Assembly (NCBI GenBank): GCA_963667015.2
Contig: CAXXJJ010000004.1
Span: 320,001-384,000, forward strand
DNA: 64,000 nt
Direction: 5' to 3'
DNA from: Desulfatiglandales bacterium
Lineage (GTDB): Bacteria > Desulfobacterota > DSM-4660 > Desulfatiglandales > HGW-15
This document shows, piece after piece, positions 18,873 through 28,465 of the stretch. The notes below the pieces were generated by a model. That model was not told the DNA's origin. It searched no databases and was given only the letters and a program-made list of their open reading frames with translations. Every line of letters starts with the position of its first letter. The first letter of the stretch is position 1. The translations under genes and the position numbers were made by a program.

Positions 18873-20075
18873 GTGTCATCCAGTGTTAATTCTGTTGCAG
18901 AACAGAGAAATGATCCAGACAAATTTCAATGGGGAGGAGTTCTTTTAATATCCTTCTGCCATATGATTCATGATATATATACCAGTTTTCTATCGCCGCT
19001 ATTGCCGCTCCTTATTGAAAAACTCTCCATAAACCTGACACAGGCAGGTTTGCTTGGAACAATTGTCCAGCTTCCATCATTATTAAATCCACTGATTGGA
19101 AGATGGGCAGATAAAGGTGACAGGGCAAGACTTTTTATTGTTCTGGGGCCTGTTCTCACTTCTGTTCCAATGAGCCTGCTGGGGCTTGCTCCCACATATA
19201 GTGTCTTGATTCTGATTCTTCTTGTTGTTGGTATCAGTACATCTGTTTTTCACGTACCAGCTCCGGTTATGGTGGGAAGACTCTCCGGTGACCGAAAGGG
19301 ACTGGGAATGAGTTTTTTCATGATAGGAGGAGAATCGGCCAGGATGTTAGGCCCCTTGGCGGCTGTGGGCGCTGTTTCCCTGTGGGGTCTTGAGGGTTAT
19401 TACCCTGTAATGGTGGTAGGGATAGCATCTTCTATCATAATTTATATGCGGTTTAAAGATGTTCCAGTCAGTCTAAATAGAAGGTCACCTGGTTCTCTTC
19501 GAGAGGCATATATTGAAATAAAACCCATAATGAAACCCCTTACCTTGATTCTGTTTTCAAGAGGATTCATGCATGGTTCTCTGGCGACATTTCTCCCAAT
19601 TTTTATCAAACAGGAGACAGGAAGCCTCTGGCTGGCAGGGGCAGCGCTTGCAATGTATGAGGCATCAGGTGTAGCAGGGATATTTACAGCCGGCCCATTA
19701 AGCGATACGATTGGCAGAAAGCGTATCCTTGGTTTCCAGCTTATGTCTGCACCATTTTTTCTGCTCCTTTTTATTGCTTTAAGCGGCTGGTTGAAAGGTA
19801 TTGCGCTTATCCTGACAGGTTTTACGCTTCTGTCCACAACACCTGTAATGCTTGCAATGATCCAGGAACACGCAAAAAACAGCCCTTCTGCTGCGAACGG
19901 TTTTTATATGATGATATCATTTATCGCCAGATCTGCAGTGATTGTACTGATCGGATTTTGCGGGGATCTGGTAGGACTCAAAATAACATATTATATAAGC
20001 GCTGTTATGGGAATAGCTGGAATTCCGTTTTTGTTAATGCTGCCGGAAAATGAAAATAAAATAGTAACTTCATAA
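18873..20075 (+). CDS. MFS transporter (Fsr/fosmidomycin-resistance-like)
   Basis: About 12 TM segments; HMIHDIY..PLLPLL, FHVPA, GPLSDTIGRK. Confidence 0.85.
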   Translation: MSSSVNSVAEQRNDPDKFQWGGVLLISFCHMIHDIYTSFLSPLLPLLIEKLSINLTQAGLLGTIVQLPSLLNPLIGRWADKGDRARLFIVLGPVLTSVPMSLLGLAPTYSVLILILLVVGISTSVFHVPAPVMVGRLSGDRKGLGMSFFMIGGESARMLGPLAAVGAVSLWGLEGYYPVMVVGIASSIIIYMRFKDVPVSLNRRSPGSLREAYIEIKPIMKPLTLILFSRGFMHGSLATFLPIFIKQETGSLWLAGAALAMYEASGVAGIFTAGPLSDTIGRKRILGFQLMSAPFFLLLFIALSGWLKGIALILTGFTLLSTTPVMLAMIQEHAKNSPSAANGFYMMISFIARSAVIVLIGFCGDLVGLKITYYISAVMGIAGIPFLLMLPENENKIVTS

Positions 20076-20101
20076 ACAGACCAAGTATAGACTGGTAATA
20101 A

Positions 20102-20149
20102 GACGCAGAGCGTCAAGAAACCCGTTTCCACGGCGACCCTGGGAACGAG
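20102..20149 (+). repeat. Bipartite REP-A copy
   Basis: GACGCAGAGCGTC-N8-CGTTTCCACGGCGACCCTGGGAACGAG. Confidence 0.8.
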
Positions 20150-20186
20150 AGGAAAGGCGGGGTTGATTTAGTAGTTACAATCCATC

Positions 20187-20216
20187 GTAGGGGCAGGCCT
20201 GCGTGCCTGCCCCTAC
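20187..20216. repeat. GTAG-type REP palindrome (REP-B)
   Basis: GTAGGGGCAGGC-CTGCGT-GCCTGCCCCTAC, perfect 12-bp arms. Confidence 0.75.
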
Positions 20217-20290
20217 ATTGCTGAATATACTTTTTATGCACTATTAAAATTAAGATAAAGGGCAGGGGCCGAGGAAGGAAAATAGAAGAT

Positions 20291-22378
20291 ATGGGAATAG
20301 AAAATAAAATACCCAGAGTTTATACTGCTGTATTTACAATTCTTTTAGTCTTATGTAATTTTTCAACTGCAAATGCCAAACTCGCATTAAAAGAAATTAG
20401 AACTGCTTCAAATGATGTTCTGGTCGCCTTTTTTACCAGTGATATTATTGATGTTAATGAAGCGGATATAACTGATCTGTCAAGCTGGGAGGTTAATGGA
20501 AAACCTGTAAAAAGTATAAATAAATATGTTGTCCAGGCTGATCCATGTGATCATCATATTTACCTTCAGACTGAAACGTTTGAAAATGGCAAAGAATATT
20601 CCCTGAATACCCCTTATGGAAATACTAAATTTACCTTTAATCCGAAAACTATCCAGTGCGAGTCAATTAAGGTAAATCAGGCGGGTTACAGCGCTCTCTC
20701 TAAAAAACGATATGCCAATTTTTCTATATGGCTTGGAACTGGTGGAAGTCGAATAATCGAGGGTGATTTACCTGTTTATGAGGTAATTAATCTGTCATCA
20801 GGAGAGGTAATTGTAATAAGTCAGTTAAAAGAAATTGGTAAAGACGATTCTTCCGGTGACTTTGTATATCGTATCGATCTTTCTTCTGTTCCTGAAGGCG
20901 GCCCCTATAAAATAGTTGTTGAAGGTTATGGTAGTTCATATCCATTCGGGATAGGCGGGGAGTTTTCAAAACGGGCTGCCTATCTTCTATTTCGTGCCCA
21001 ATATTTACAACGATGCGGCTGCCCCATTCACATGCCTGACATAAGAGAAAAGCCGTGCCACACTCTTATTTATGATGTTGATGGCCCGATAGGTGAAGCA
21101 AATATCATTGTTAAAGGTGATGAAAGGGCATTTAGAGTATATGGCGGATATCACGATGCCGGAGACGCTGATAGAAGGGCATATCACATTTCAAATCCCA
21201 TTATTAACCTGTTGATTTATGAGGCATTTCCTGAATATTTTTATGATGGTCAGTATGACATTCCCGGAGAATTTGATGATGAATATAATATTGTAAACTA
21301 TGAAAATAAAATCCCGGATATAATTGACGAGGCAGAATGGGGAACACTTGCATGGGAATATTTGCAGAATGAGGATGGAAGTGTTCATTTTGGTACTGAA
21401 ACAAAGGGGTATCCCGATCCATTTGCAGCGCCAATGGATAAGGATGATAAAAAGTACGGTACTGTCGGGATAGATTCAAGAGCAACTACTACCTGTGCAG
21501 GACTCTTCATGCATCTTGCCAGGATAATAAAGCCCTATAAACCAGAACGTGCTAACGAGCTCATAGATAGAGCTGAAAGGGCTTTCGACTTCAGCTCAGA
21601 TAAAATGGCTGGTCCTGAAAAACTTTATTATTATATTCAGAAATATCTTTTAACAAGGGATGAAGCAGTTCATCAAAAGGTCAAAGGACTATATAAAGTA
21701 GCGGGATCTCTCAAGAACAATTTATATGCTACTCCCGGATACTCTCTAAATGATGCTAACTTTGATAATCCTGGCTATATCTATTCATATATTATTGAAA
21801 AAGACGTGCCTGTTGATCCTGTAATAGTGGAATATTTTAAGAATGCTATCAAAGAAGCCGCAGACAGCAATATCGAGGAATTGAAAAAACATGCATATCC
21901 TGTAGGAAATAATTCAGTTGCAGGAGGGTGGGGACATAATGTAAGGCAACCCCTTTATGCCTGCGCCCCGATGCTTTACTGGGATTTGAGCGGAGATCAG
22001 AAATATCTGAATGCCGCCTCGGAGCTGATGGACTATAAACTCGGACTTAATTCTCTGAATATTTCCTATGTTACAGGGCTTGGTTTTAATCAGGTTCATA
22101 ATCCCCATGACCGTGAAAGCGCATATACTATATCTAAAGGGTGGGGACCCAAGCCCGGTATAACTGTTTTTGGACCGGGTGTACCCGGATGGAACGGTGG
22201 AAATGCCAAAGTACTTCCTGCTGTAAAAGAACTCTCAAGCGAGCGACTCTATGTGGATGACCGAGAACTTATCTCATTCAATGAGTTTACTATTTTTGAA
22301 ACAATGACCCATGATGCACTGTATACCGTGCTTGCAAATGGCGGGAAATGGGATGGGGAAAATCCTTTTAAGGAATAG
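20291..22378 (+). CDS. Secreted glycoside hydrolase family 9 protein with N-terminal Ig-like domain
   Basis: Signal peptide; IKVNQAGY; catalytic GGYHDAGD; LGLNSLNISYVTGLG..HNPHDR; NEFTI. Confidence 0.85.
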   Translation: MGIENKIPRVYTAVFTILLVLCNFSTANAKLALKEIRTASNDVLVAFFTSDIIDVNEADITDLSSWEVNGKPVKSINKYVVQADPCDHHIYLQTETFENGKEYSLNTPYGNTKFTFNPKTIQCESIKVNQAGYSALSKKRYANFSIWLGTGGSRIIEGDLPVYEVINLSSGEVIVISQLKEIGKDDSSGDFVYRIDLSSVPEGGPYKIVVEGYGSSYPFGIGGEFSKRAAYLLFRAQYLQRCGCPIHMPDIREKPCHTLIYDVDGPIGEANIIVKGDERAFRVYGGYHDAGDADRRAYHISNPIINLLIYEAFPEYFYDGQYDIPGEFDDEYNIVNYENKIPDIIDEAEWGTLAWEYLQNEDGSVHFGTETKGYPDPFAAPMDKDDKKYGTVGIDSRATTTCAGLFMHLARIIKPYKPERANELIDRAERAFDFSSDKMAGPEKLYYYIQKYLLTRDEAVHQKVKGLYKVAGSLKNNLYATPGYSLNDANFDNPGYIYSYIIEKDVPVDPVIVEYFKNAIKEAADSNIEELKKHAYPVGNNSVAGGWGHNVRQPLYACAPMLYWDLSGDQKYLNAASELMDYKLGLNSLNISYVTGLGFNQVHNPHDRESAYTISKGWGPKPGITVFGPGVPGWNGGNAKVLPAVKELSSERLYVDDRELISFNEFTIFETMTHDALYTVLANGGKWDGENPFKE

Positions 22379-22387
22379 AGACAAAAG

Positions 22388-22568
22388 ATGAACTTCCAAC
22401 GTGCAACATTCAACATCCAATGATCAAAAAAAGCAGGATACATTGTCTTTTCCACTCGTTCCTGCATTTTCCGTGGGAACGAGGCGGTCAGGCACAGGGG
22501 CCTGACCCTACATTATTTTGTTGATTAATTGGGAGTTGAAAGTTGGACGTTCGATGTTGGATGTTCAT
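22388..22568. repeat. Composite nested repeat: 7-mer inverted arms enclosing REP-A and REP-B
   Basis: Arms 22388-22421 and 22528-22568 (CAACATC-type) enclose CTCGTTCC..GGGAACGAG (22455-22483) and GGTCAGGCACAGGGGCCTGACCCTAC (22486-22511). Confidence 0.75.
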
Positions 22569-22644
22569 GCTTTTTTCACTCCAACCCTCGCCCCCTTTAA
22601 TCCTTGTCGAAGATCCCGCGTTGTATGCGGGAACCCCTGCCTTT

Positions 22645-24318
22645 CTATCCCTTTGCTTTATTCTCGATAAAAACCTCAACAAGTCTTGGCTTATTATCAT
22701 CAATAGCTTCCTTGAGTGCATTTTCAAGATCGCCTGGCTCAGTCACCTGAATTGCCTCTACTCCCATGGACTCGGCAAGCTGTTTGAAGTTGATGACAGG
22801 TTCATCTATTTCCATACCGTCATGTTTTTCAGTTAGTACATATTCGCCAAGCACCAGTTTTCTTACCAGTTTAACCTGCCTGTAAACCCCGTTATTGGTA
22901 ATTACAAATGTTACAGGGAGATTGTACCGGGCTGCTGTCCACAGGCTCTGCATGGACCATGCTGTGCTCCCGTCACCACACACCGCTATAACATTTTTGT
23001 CCGGGGCGCCGAGACTCACTCCCATTGAACCGGGAAGGCCCCATCCTATACTGCCTCCTTTGCGGGCTCTTATAAATTGACCGGCCTTTGAAAAATTAAC
23101 AATTTGTCTTAACATCTGTGATGATGACCAGCAGTCGTCCACAATAACAGTTTTTTCTGTGGTGAGTTTGGCAATTTCCTTCATAAGTCTTGTTACAGCA
23201 ATTGGGCTGTTTTCTTTTTCTGCAGTAACCTGCTTTTCCAGCCTGTCAATCATGCATGCCTTCTTATTGCCTGTTTCCTGTTTCCTTTTTTCTATATTCT
23301 CTCTTGCCTCTTTCGGTAAATCCTTTTCAAGAAGACTGTTCAGATCGATTAATACCGCCTTGATGTCTCCTTGAATACCGCAGTCAGTTACCATATTTTT
23401 ACCCAGTTCCCAGGGATTTTCATCAATGTGAATTACCTTTATATTTTCCGGTAAAACTTCTTCCGGATTATAAAAACTTGGACTGAAAAGGGAGCATCCT
23501 GTTCCGATAAGCAGATCTGCATCTTTTAAAGTTTCCTTTGTACCGGGTTGTGAAGGGTCAAGATCCCCAAGGTACAGGGGGTGCCTTACAGGAAAGTTTA
23601 CATCGGACATCCATGCCTGATAAACCCTTGATCCTGTCAATTCTGCGAATTTAACAATCTCGTCAAGGGCATTACACCTCGTAATGCCGCTTTCAACCAT
23701 AATAACAGGCTGTTTTGCTGCTTTAATTAAATCAAATGCCTTTTTAAGTGCCCTTGTGTCCGGCCTTACTCCTGAATAAACCGAGCTTTTGGGTCTTTCG
23801 TCAAACTCAATTTCATGGGTCATAAGGTTCTGGGGCAGTGAAACAAGAACCGGTCCCTGAGGATGCTGTACAGCCATTTTAAAGGCACGCTGTATTATCA
23901 TGGGTATATCTTCAGCGTGCTGAATCTCAGTGCTCCATTTGCAGTATATCTTTCCCATTCCCACAATATCACCGGTAAGATGCGGGTCATGCTGGAGAAG
24001 TCTTGTATCCTGCTGCCCTGCCGTAACGACCAGAGGCACACCTCCTGCCTGAGAATTATAAAGCATGCCAAGAGCGCTTGCCACACCGGGTCCGGTATGG
24101 AGATTTAAAAAACCCGGCTTTCCACTTGCCCTTGCATAGCCTTCCGCCATTCCGGCAGATACTATTTCATTAAGGCCAAGGATATATTTAATATCGGTAC
24201 TGTTCTCCAGGGCATCCATAAAGACCACTTCTGTTGCACCGGGAATACCAAAAACATACTCAACTCCTTCATTTTTCAATATCTCTATTAATGCCTCAGC
24301 ACCTTTCATTTTTGGCAT
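22645..24318 (-). CDS. Thiamine-pyrophosphate enzyme, benzoylformate decarboxylase-like
   Basis: VFGIPGATE, NLHTGPG, VVTAGQQD, TPP motif GDGS..TNNG; ATG 24318 with RBS AGGAGA. Confidence 0.85.
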   Translation of the reverse strand: MPKMKGAEALIEILKNEGVEYVFGIPGATEVVFMDALENSTDIKYILGLNEIVSAGMAEGYARASGKPGFLNLHTGPGVASALGMLYNSQAGGVPLVVTAGQQDTRLLQHDPHLTGDIVGMGKIYCKWSTEIQHAEDIPMIIQRAFKMAVQHPQGPVLVSLPQNLMTHEIEFDERPKSSVYSGVRPDTRALKKAFDLIKAAKQPVIMVESGITRCNALDEIVKFAELTGSRVYQAWMSDVNFPVRHPLYLGDLDPSQPGTKETLKDADLLIGTGCSLFSPSFYNPEEVLPENIKVIHIDENPWELGKNMVTDCGIQGDIKAVLIDLNSLLEKDLPKEARENIEKRKQETGNKKACMIDRLEKQVTAEKENSPIAVTRLMKEIAKLTTEKTVIVDDCWSSSQMLRQIVNFSKAGQFIRARKGGSIGWGLPGSMGVSLGAPDKNVIAVCGDGSTAWSMQSLWTAARYNLPVTFVITNNGVYRQVKLVRKLVLGEYVLTEKHDGMEIDEPVINFKQLAESMGVEAIQVTEPGDLENALKEAIDDNKPRLVEVFIENKAKG

Positions 24319-24422
24319 TTCTTTTCTCCTTTTTTTTAAAATAACTCCCAATTCGATTAGAGGTTTTACACTATATTTACATTCGTTCTTCCTTTCAAAT
24401 ATTTTTTTAAAAAAACTTATTC

Positions 24423-24564
24423 ACCACGGAGAACACGGGTAGCACTGAGGAAAATCTAAAAAATAAAACATATCACTTGCCGCTTCGTTAGAACTCACAG
24501 AGTTCACAGAGAAAAACAAAAACACTTTTTATAAATAAAAGCTTTTCTCCGTATACTCCGTGGT
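24423..24564. repeat. Degenerate 9-mer (CACAGAGNN) inverted repeat element
   Basis: ACCACGGAGAACACGGGTAGCACTGAG and CACAGAGTTCACAGAG face CTCCGTATACTCCGTGGT. Confidence 0.6.
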
Positions 24565-24622
24565 AATTCATATACACACAACCGTTAACCTATGTTTAGT
24601 TAACAGGCACTTAAGAGTAAAT

Positions 24623-24652
24623 GTCATTCTCCAGCTTGACCGGAGAATCCAG
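24623..24652 (+). repeat. GTCATT..GAATCCAG-type REP hairpin
   Basis: GTCATTCTCCAGCTTGACCGGAGAATCCAG. Confidence 0.55.
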
Positions 24653-24675
24653 TAGTTTTATAGTGATTCTTTTAT

Positions 24676-25789
24676 TATACGCAGCGACATAATTAATTGC
24701 GCAAATTAAACAAGTATGTTATGATGCTTTCATGAAAGCATCCAAAATAACAGACACAGAAAATATTATTTTCATCCTCCAAGATGAAATACGCCGGACA
24801 GATGAGGCGCGCTACGATCATAGGCTTCATGCCATACTTCTTGTAGCTCAAGGTATGAGCAGCAGACAAGCCGCACAGTATCTTGGTGATTCTCCAAGGA
24901 CTGTAGCATACTGGGTTCAAAGATTCGAAGCTGAAGGTCTTTCAGGGCTTGCTGATGCAGATAGACCCGGAAGAACTAAAAAGCTGAATCAGGTGCAGAT
25001 GAATAAAATAGAGATTGCTTTACGTAATTCACCTATTGATTACGGATTATCAGGCAATCTATGGGACGGCAAAACATTATCTGCCCACATCCAAAAAGAA
25101 TTTGGAGTCCAGTTAGGTGTACGTCAATGTCAGCGCATGTTCAGGCAATTAGGTTTTCGGCTAAGGAAACCACGTTCAAAAATCGCTAATGCTGACGCCT
25201 CTCGAAAAGAGGACTTTAAAAAAAATTCTAAAACTTATGAAGGATGATAAATACGACATTTGGGCAATTGATGAAGTTCACTTCCAACAATATGGTTCAT
25301 GCTGCCGTATGTGGATACCTCCAGAAGTCAAAGAACCTATCCTATTGCATCATCCTACACGTGCCAGCGTTGGTTACTATGGAGCAGTAAGACTTCGTGA
25401 TGGTAAGTTTGCATATAAGCCTGAATGGGATAAATTTAATGGTGAAACATTTTTTTCCTTTCTTAAGTATTTAAGAAGGATCAGTTCCCATTCAGGTCGA
25501 AAAGTGATTATTATTAGTGACAATGCCAGATATCATCATGCCAAACTGCATAAAAACTGGCGTGATCAATGTTCAAAACAATTTGAATTAATGTATTTGC
25601 CTCCATATAGTCCGGAGTTAAACCCTATTGAACGTGTCTGGAAACTTACAAGAAGGATGGCCGTACATAACAGTTATTTTCCTTCTTTACAAAGTGTAGC
25701 TGATGCTATTGAATCATTGTTTGATACTTGGTCTTGTGGCAACAATACATTATTAAAGTTATGCGCATTTATTTAAGTCGCACAGTATA
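24676..25789 (+). mobile_element. IS630-family insertion sequence
   Basis: Imperfect TIRs: left TATACGCAGCGACATAATTAATTGCGCA; right (reverse complement) TATACTGTGCGACTTAAATAAATGCGCA; TA at both ends. Confidence 0.9.
24732..25776 (+). CDS. IS630 transposase split over two frames (HTH 24732-25247; DDE to 25776)
   Basis: HTH with RPGR and LGFRLRKPR; DDE motifs IDEVHF, SDNARYH, LPPYSPELNPIERVW; junction at TTT-A8 (25215-25225). Confidence 0.9.
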
Positions 25790-25816
25790 ATTTATTTATT
25801 TTGAGGAGACAACACC

Positions 25817-26560
25817 ATGACAGACTTATCAGAATACAACTCATACGGAGAAAAGCTTGAAAGTCATTTTTGCTTAAGAACTTCCCCTATGGCAGTTAAA
25901 ATGCTCGAAAGTGAAGGTGATATTCCTGAAGGGGCCATAAGGCCTTCAAAGGATATGGGTACACGAATTGCACAGTGCCAGGCATTTGCACTTTCAAGGC
26001 GTGAGAAAAAAACAGTAGCTATGCTCAAGGAAGACAATAACTGTTTTGCCCCGATAATTGCCTATGGGATTGAAGACAAGCCTGATGATGCTCAATACGA
26101 ATTATTTATGAGATTCCCGACCTTTGATAAAGGAAAATATATCGGTATTGTCTCTGCACCCTTAAGAACCGCAAATTTTGAGCCTGATGTAATCGTTATA
26201 TATTCAAATACAGCCCAGATGAGAAGCCTTATAATGCCTTTACATTTTACAGCAAAAGAGGATGAACTCCAGTATCATTTTTTCCCGCCAGTATGTTCTT
26301 ATCTGCTTGTACCTGTTATCAACAAACAGAAATGTCTTGTAGCGCTTCCCGATCCCGGAGAGCACATGCGTGCTTTACCTGCCGAAGACGAAATAATTAT
26401 TTCCATACCAGCATCAAAAATAAGCGACATCATGGATGGAATAAAAAAAGTGGCAGAATTCAAGCAGGGATACCAGGATATCAATTATATGATGAATTAT
26501 AATTTTCCTTTGCCTCCGCTTTACCAGGATTTATTTAAGAGGTGGGGGATGGATAGTTAG
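25817..26560 (+). CDS. DUF169 family protein
   Basis: LRTSPMAVKM, CQAFALSRR, SAPL..FEPDVIVIYSNTAQM, PDPGE. Confidence 0.8.
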   Translation: MTDLSEYNSYGEKLESHFCLRTSPMAVKMLESEGDIPEGAIRPSKDMGTRIAQCQAFALSRREKKTVAMLKEDNNCFAPIIAYGIEDKPDDAQYELFMRFPTFDKGKYIGIVSAPLRTANFEPDVIVIYSNTAQMRSLIMPLHFTAKEDELQYHFFPPVCSYLLVPVINKQKCLVALPDPGEHMRALPAEDEIIISIPASKISDIMDGIKKVAEFKQGYQDINYMMNYNFPLPPLYQDLFKRWGMDS

Positions 26561-26561
26561 C

Positions 26562-27704
26562 ATGTTTTTCCCAGACTATACTGGTAACAGCATTGTAAAT
26601 TTGATGAGTTCCATTCGTGCCATTTATGGCAATGAATACCTGTATCCTACTCTGGATGGCCTTGATATTGAGCCTTTTAAAGATAAAAGTATTGTTTTTA
26701 TTATTATCGACGGGCTTGGATATGACTATTTAATGGAATATAGCGATAACAGCTTTTTAAAAAGACATGTTATTCGTAAAATGACATCAGTGTTTCCATC
26801 CAGTACAGCTTCTGCCTATATCAGCCTTGCAACCGGCGTAGCCCCCCAGCAGCATGGCCTCACCGGATGGTTTATGTTTTTAAAGGAAACAGGTATTCTC
26901 ACAAGTATACTGCCTTTTTTAACAAAGGCTGGCGGTATACCCCTGTGGAATGTACCATTTTCAGACATATTCAATTATGACTCCTTTTTCAGGGAATTAA
27001 ATGCCTCTTCCTTCTGTATTATGCATAAAAGCTATGTAAACTCCCAGTGTTCGGATGTGATTACAAAAGGAGCCAGAAGAAAATCCTATTCTGATATAAA
27101 TGAGTTTGCCGGGCGGATCGAGAACATACTCGGTTTTGGGGACAATAAAAAATTTATTTTTGCGTACTGGGACCAGTTTGATAAAATTTCCCATGAAACG
27201 GGAGTAAAGAGCCCGGAGGCCTTTGAACATATCAGGATGATGGATGAAGAAATCAGTAAACTTGCAGCAACTTTGGCCGGAAGTGACACAAGGCTGATTA
27301 TTACCTCTGACCATGGTATGATTGATTCATCAGAGAGGTATACTATCAGGCTTGAAGATCATCCTGAACTCTCGGAAACCCTGGCGCTGCCTTTAGCCGG
27401 AGATCCGAGGGTAGTCTACTGTTATGTGAGACCGGATATGGTTTCTGAGTTTGAAAAATATGTACGGGAAAATCTAAATGAATATTGTGATCTTTATAAC
27501 AGCCGTGAACTTATTGAAAAAGGGTTCTTCGGACTGTATGAGCCCGATAAAAGACTGTATCATAGAACAGGCGATTATACCCTTATCATGAAAAAAAATT
27601 ACATGATAAGGGAGGCCCTTTCAGGACAGAAATACAAGGAAGTTATCGGTATTCACGGCAGTGTAACCAGTGAAGAGATGTTCGTCCCTTTGATTATTCT
27701 TTAA
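26562..27704 (+). CDS. Alkaline-phosphatase-superfamily protein (type I phosphodiesterase/nucleotide pyrophosphatase)
   Basis: IIDGLG, SVFPSSTA, DKISHETG, ITSDHG, GIHGS..EMFVP. Confidence 0.88.
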   Translation: MFFPDYTGNSIVNLMSSIRAIYGNEYLYPTLDGLDIEPFKDKSIVFIIIDGLGYDYLMEYSDNSFLKRHVIRKMTSVFPSSTASAYISLATGVAPQQHGLTGWFMFLKETGILTSILPFLTKAGGIPLWNVPFSDIFNYDSFFRELNASSFCIMHKSYVNSQCSDVITKGARRKSYSDINEFAGRIENILGFGDNKKFIFAYWDQFDKISHETGVKSPEAFEHIRMMDEEISKLAATLAGSDTRLIITSDHGMIDSSERYTIRLEDHPELSETLALPLAGDPRVVYCYVRPDMVSEFEKYVRENLNEYCDLYNSRELIEKGFFGLYEPDKRLYHRTGDYTLIMKKNYMIREALSGQKYKEVIGIHGSVTSEEMFVPLIIL

Positions 27705-27724
27705 CTTGTAAAGGAGGATTTCCA

Positions 27725-28264
27725 GTGAAAAAAAATCTTATTGTATATGCCTCAAAAACAGGCAATACCGAAAAAGTAGCCAGAGAGCTGGCTAAAAATT
27801 TTGAACGATATGAGTGGACCTGTGATCTTAAAAATATCCCGGATGATTATGACGCAAAAAATCCGGATTTCAGTTTTGACGATTATGATTTTGTATGTGT
27901 CGGTTCTCCTGTTATTAGTGAACTTCCCCTTGACCGGATACGCACCCTAACATATGGCCATCCCCCCTTAAAAAGACTTGAGCCAGGCCCAAAATGCGGC
28001 ATTGTATTCTGTTCTTATGGAGGCATACATGTCGGTCCCATGGAGGCTGCTCCGGCACTGAAATTGCTGGAAGTTGAACTTATGCATCAGCTTTATAACG
28101 TGATAGGTTCACTTGCAGTACCGGGAAGTATGGGTGATTTTGATAATCCTGATGTCTATTACAGTGACCTCATAGACAGGCCGAATGAAGCGGACTGGGA
28201 AGATGTAGCGGCCTTTGTAGATGAAACTATGATTAAGCTGAAGGATTATCCTTATTATAAATAA
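27725..28264 (+). CDS. Flavodoxin-domain protein
   Basis: IVYASKTGNTEKVA, VCVGSPV, RPNEAD. Confidence 0.85.
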   Translation: MKKNLIVYASKTGNTEKVARELAKNFERYEWTCDLKNIPDDYDAKNPDFSFDDYDFVCVGSPVISELPLDRIRTLTYGHPPLKRLEPGPKCGIVFCSYGGIHVGPMEAAPALKLLEVELMHQLYNVIGSLAVPGSMGDFDNPDVYYSDLIDRPNEADWEDVAAFVDETMIKLKDYPYYK

Positions 28265-28417
28265 TAAAAAGAGTATTATTATTTCTTTACTTAAATTGGG
28301 TTCTTTACCCTTATCAACTTTAGTGTTAGAATCTTTTATATGCCTTATAAAGTGGATGGTTCTTTGCAGCTTCATATGAGATAGCAGTTTGAAAATATTT
28401 TTTAATCCTGGCTTCCG

Positions 28418-28441
28418 GCTGATAGCTGACAGCTGAAAGCT
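28418..28441. repeat. 7-mer tandem repeat GCTGANA x3
   Basis: GCTGATA GCTGACA GCTGAAA GCT. Confidence 0.55.
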
Positions 28442-28465
28442 CAATAATTAGAAAGAGAGGTTTCT

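Noticed and set aside
5490..22511. Palindromic repeats as a CRISPR array or integron attC sites
   Set aside because: Spacing is irregular (kb scale), copies are degenerate, no cas or intI gene is present, and no RYYYAAC/GTTRRRY boundaries were recognised.
26562..27704. Phosphodiesterase as PglZ of a BREX defence system
   Set aside because: Stand-alone size, and no brx/pgl genes nearby.
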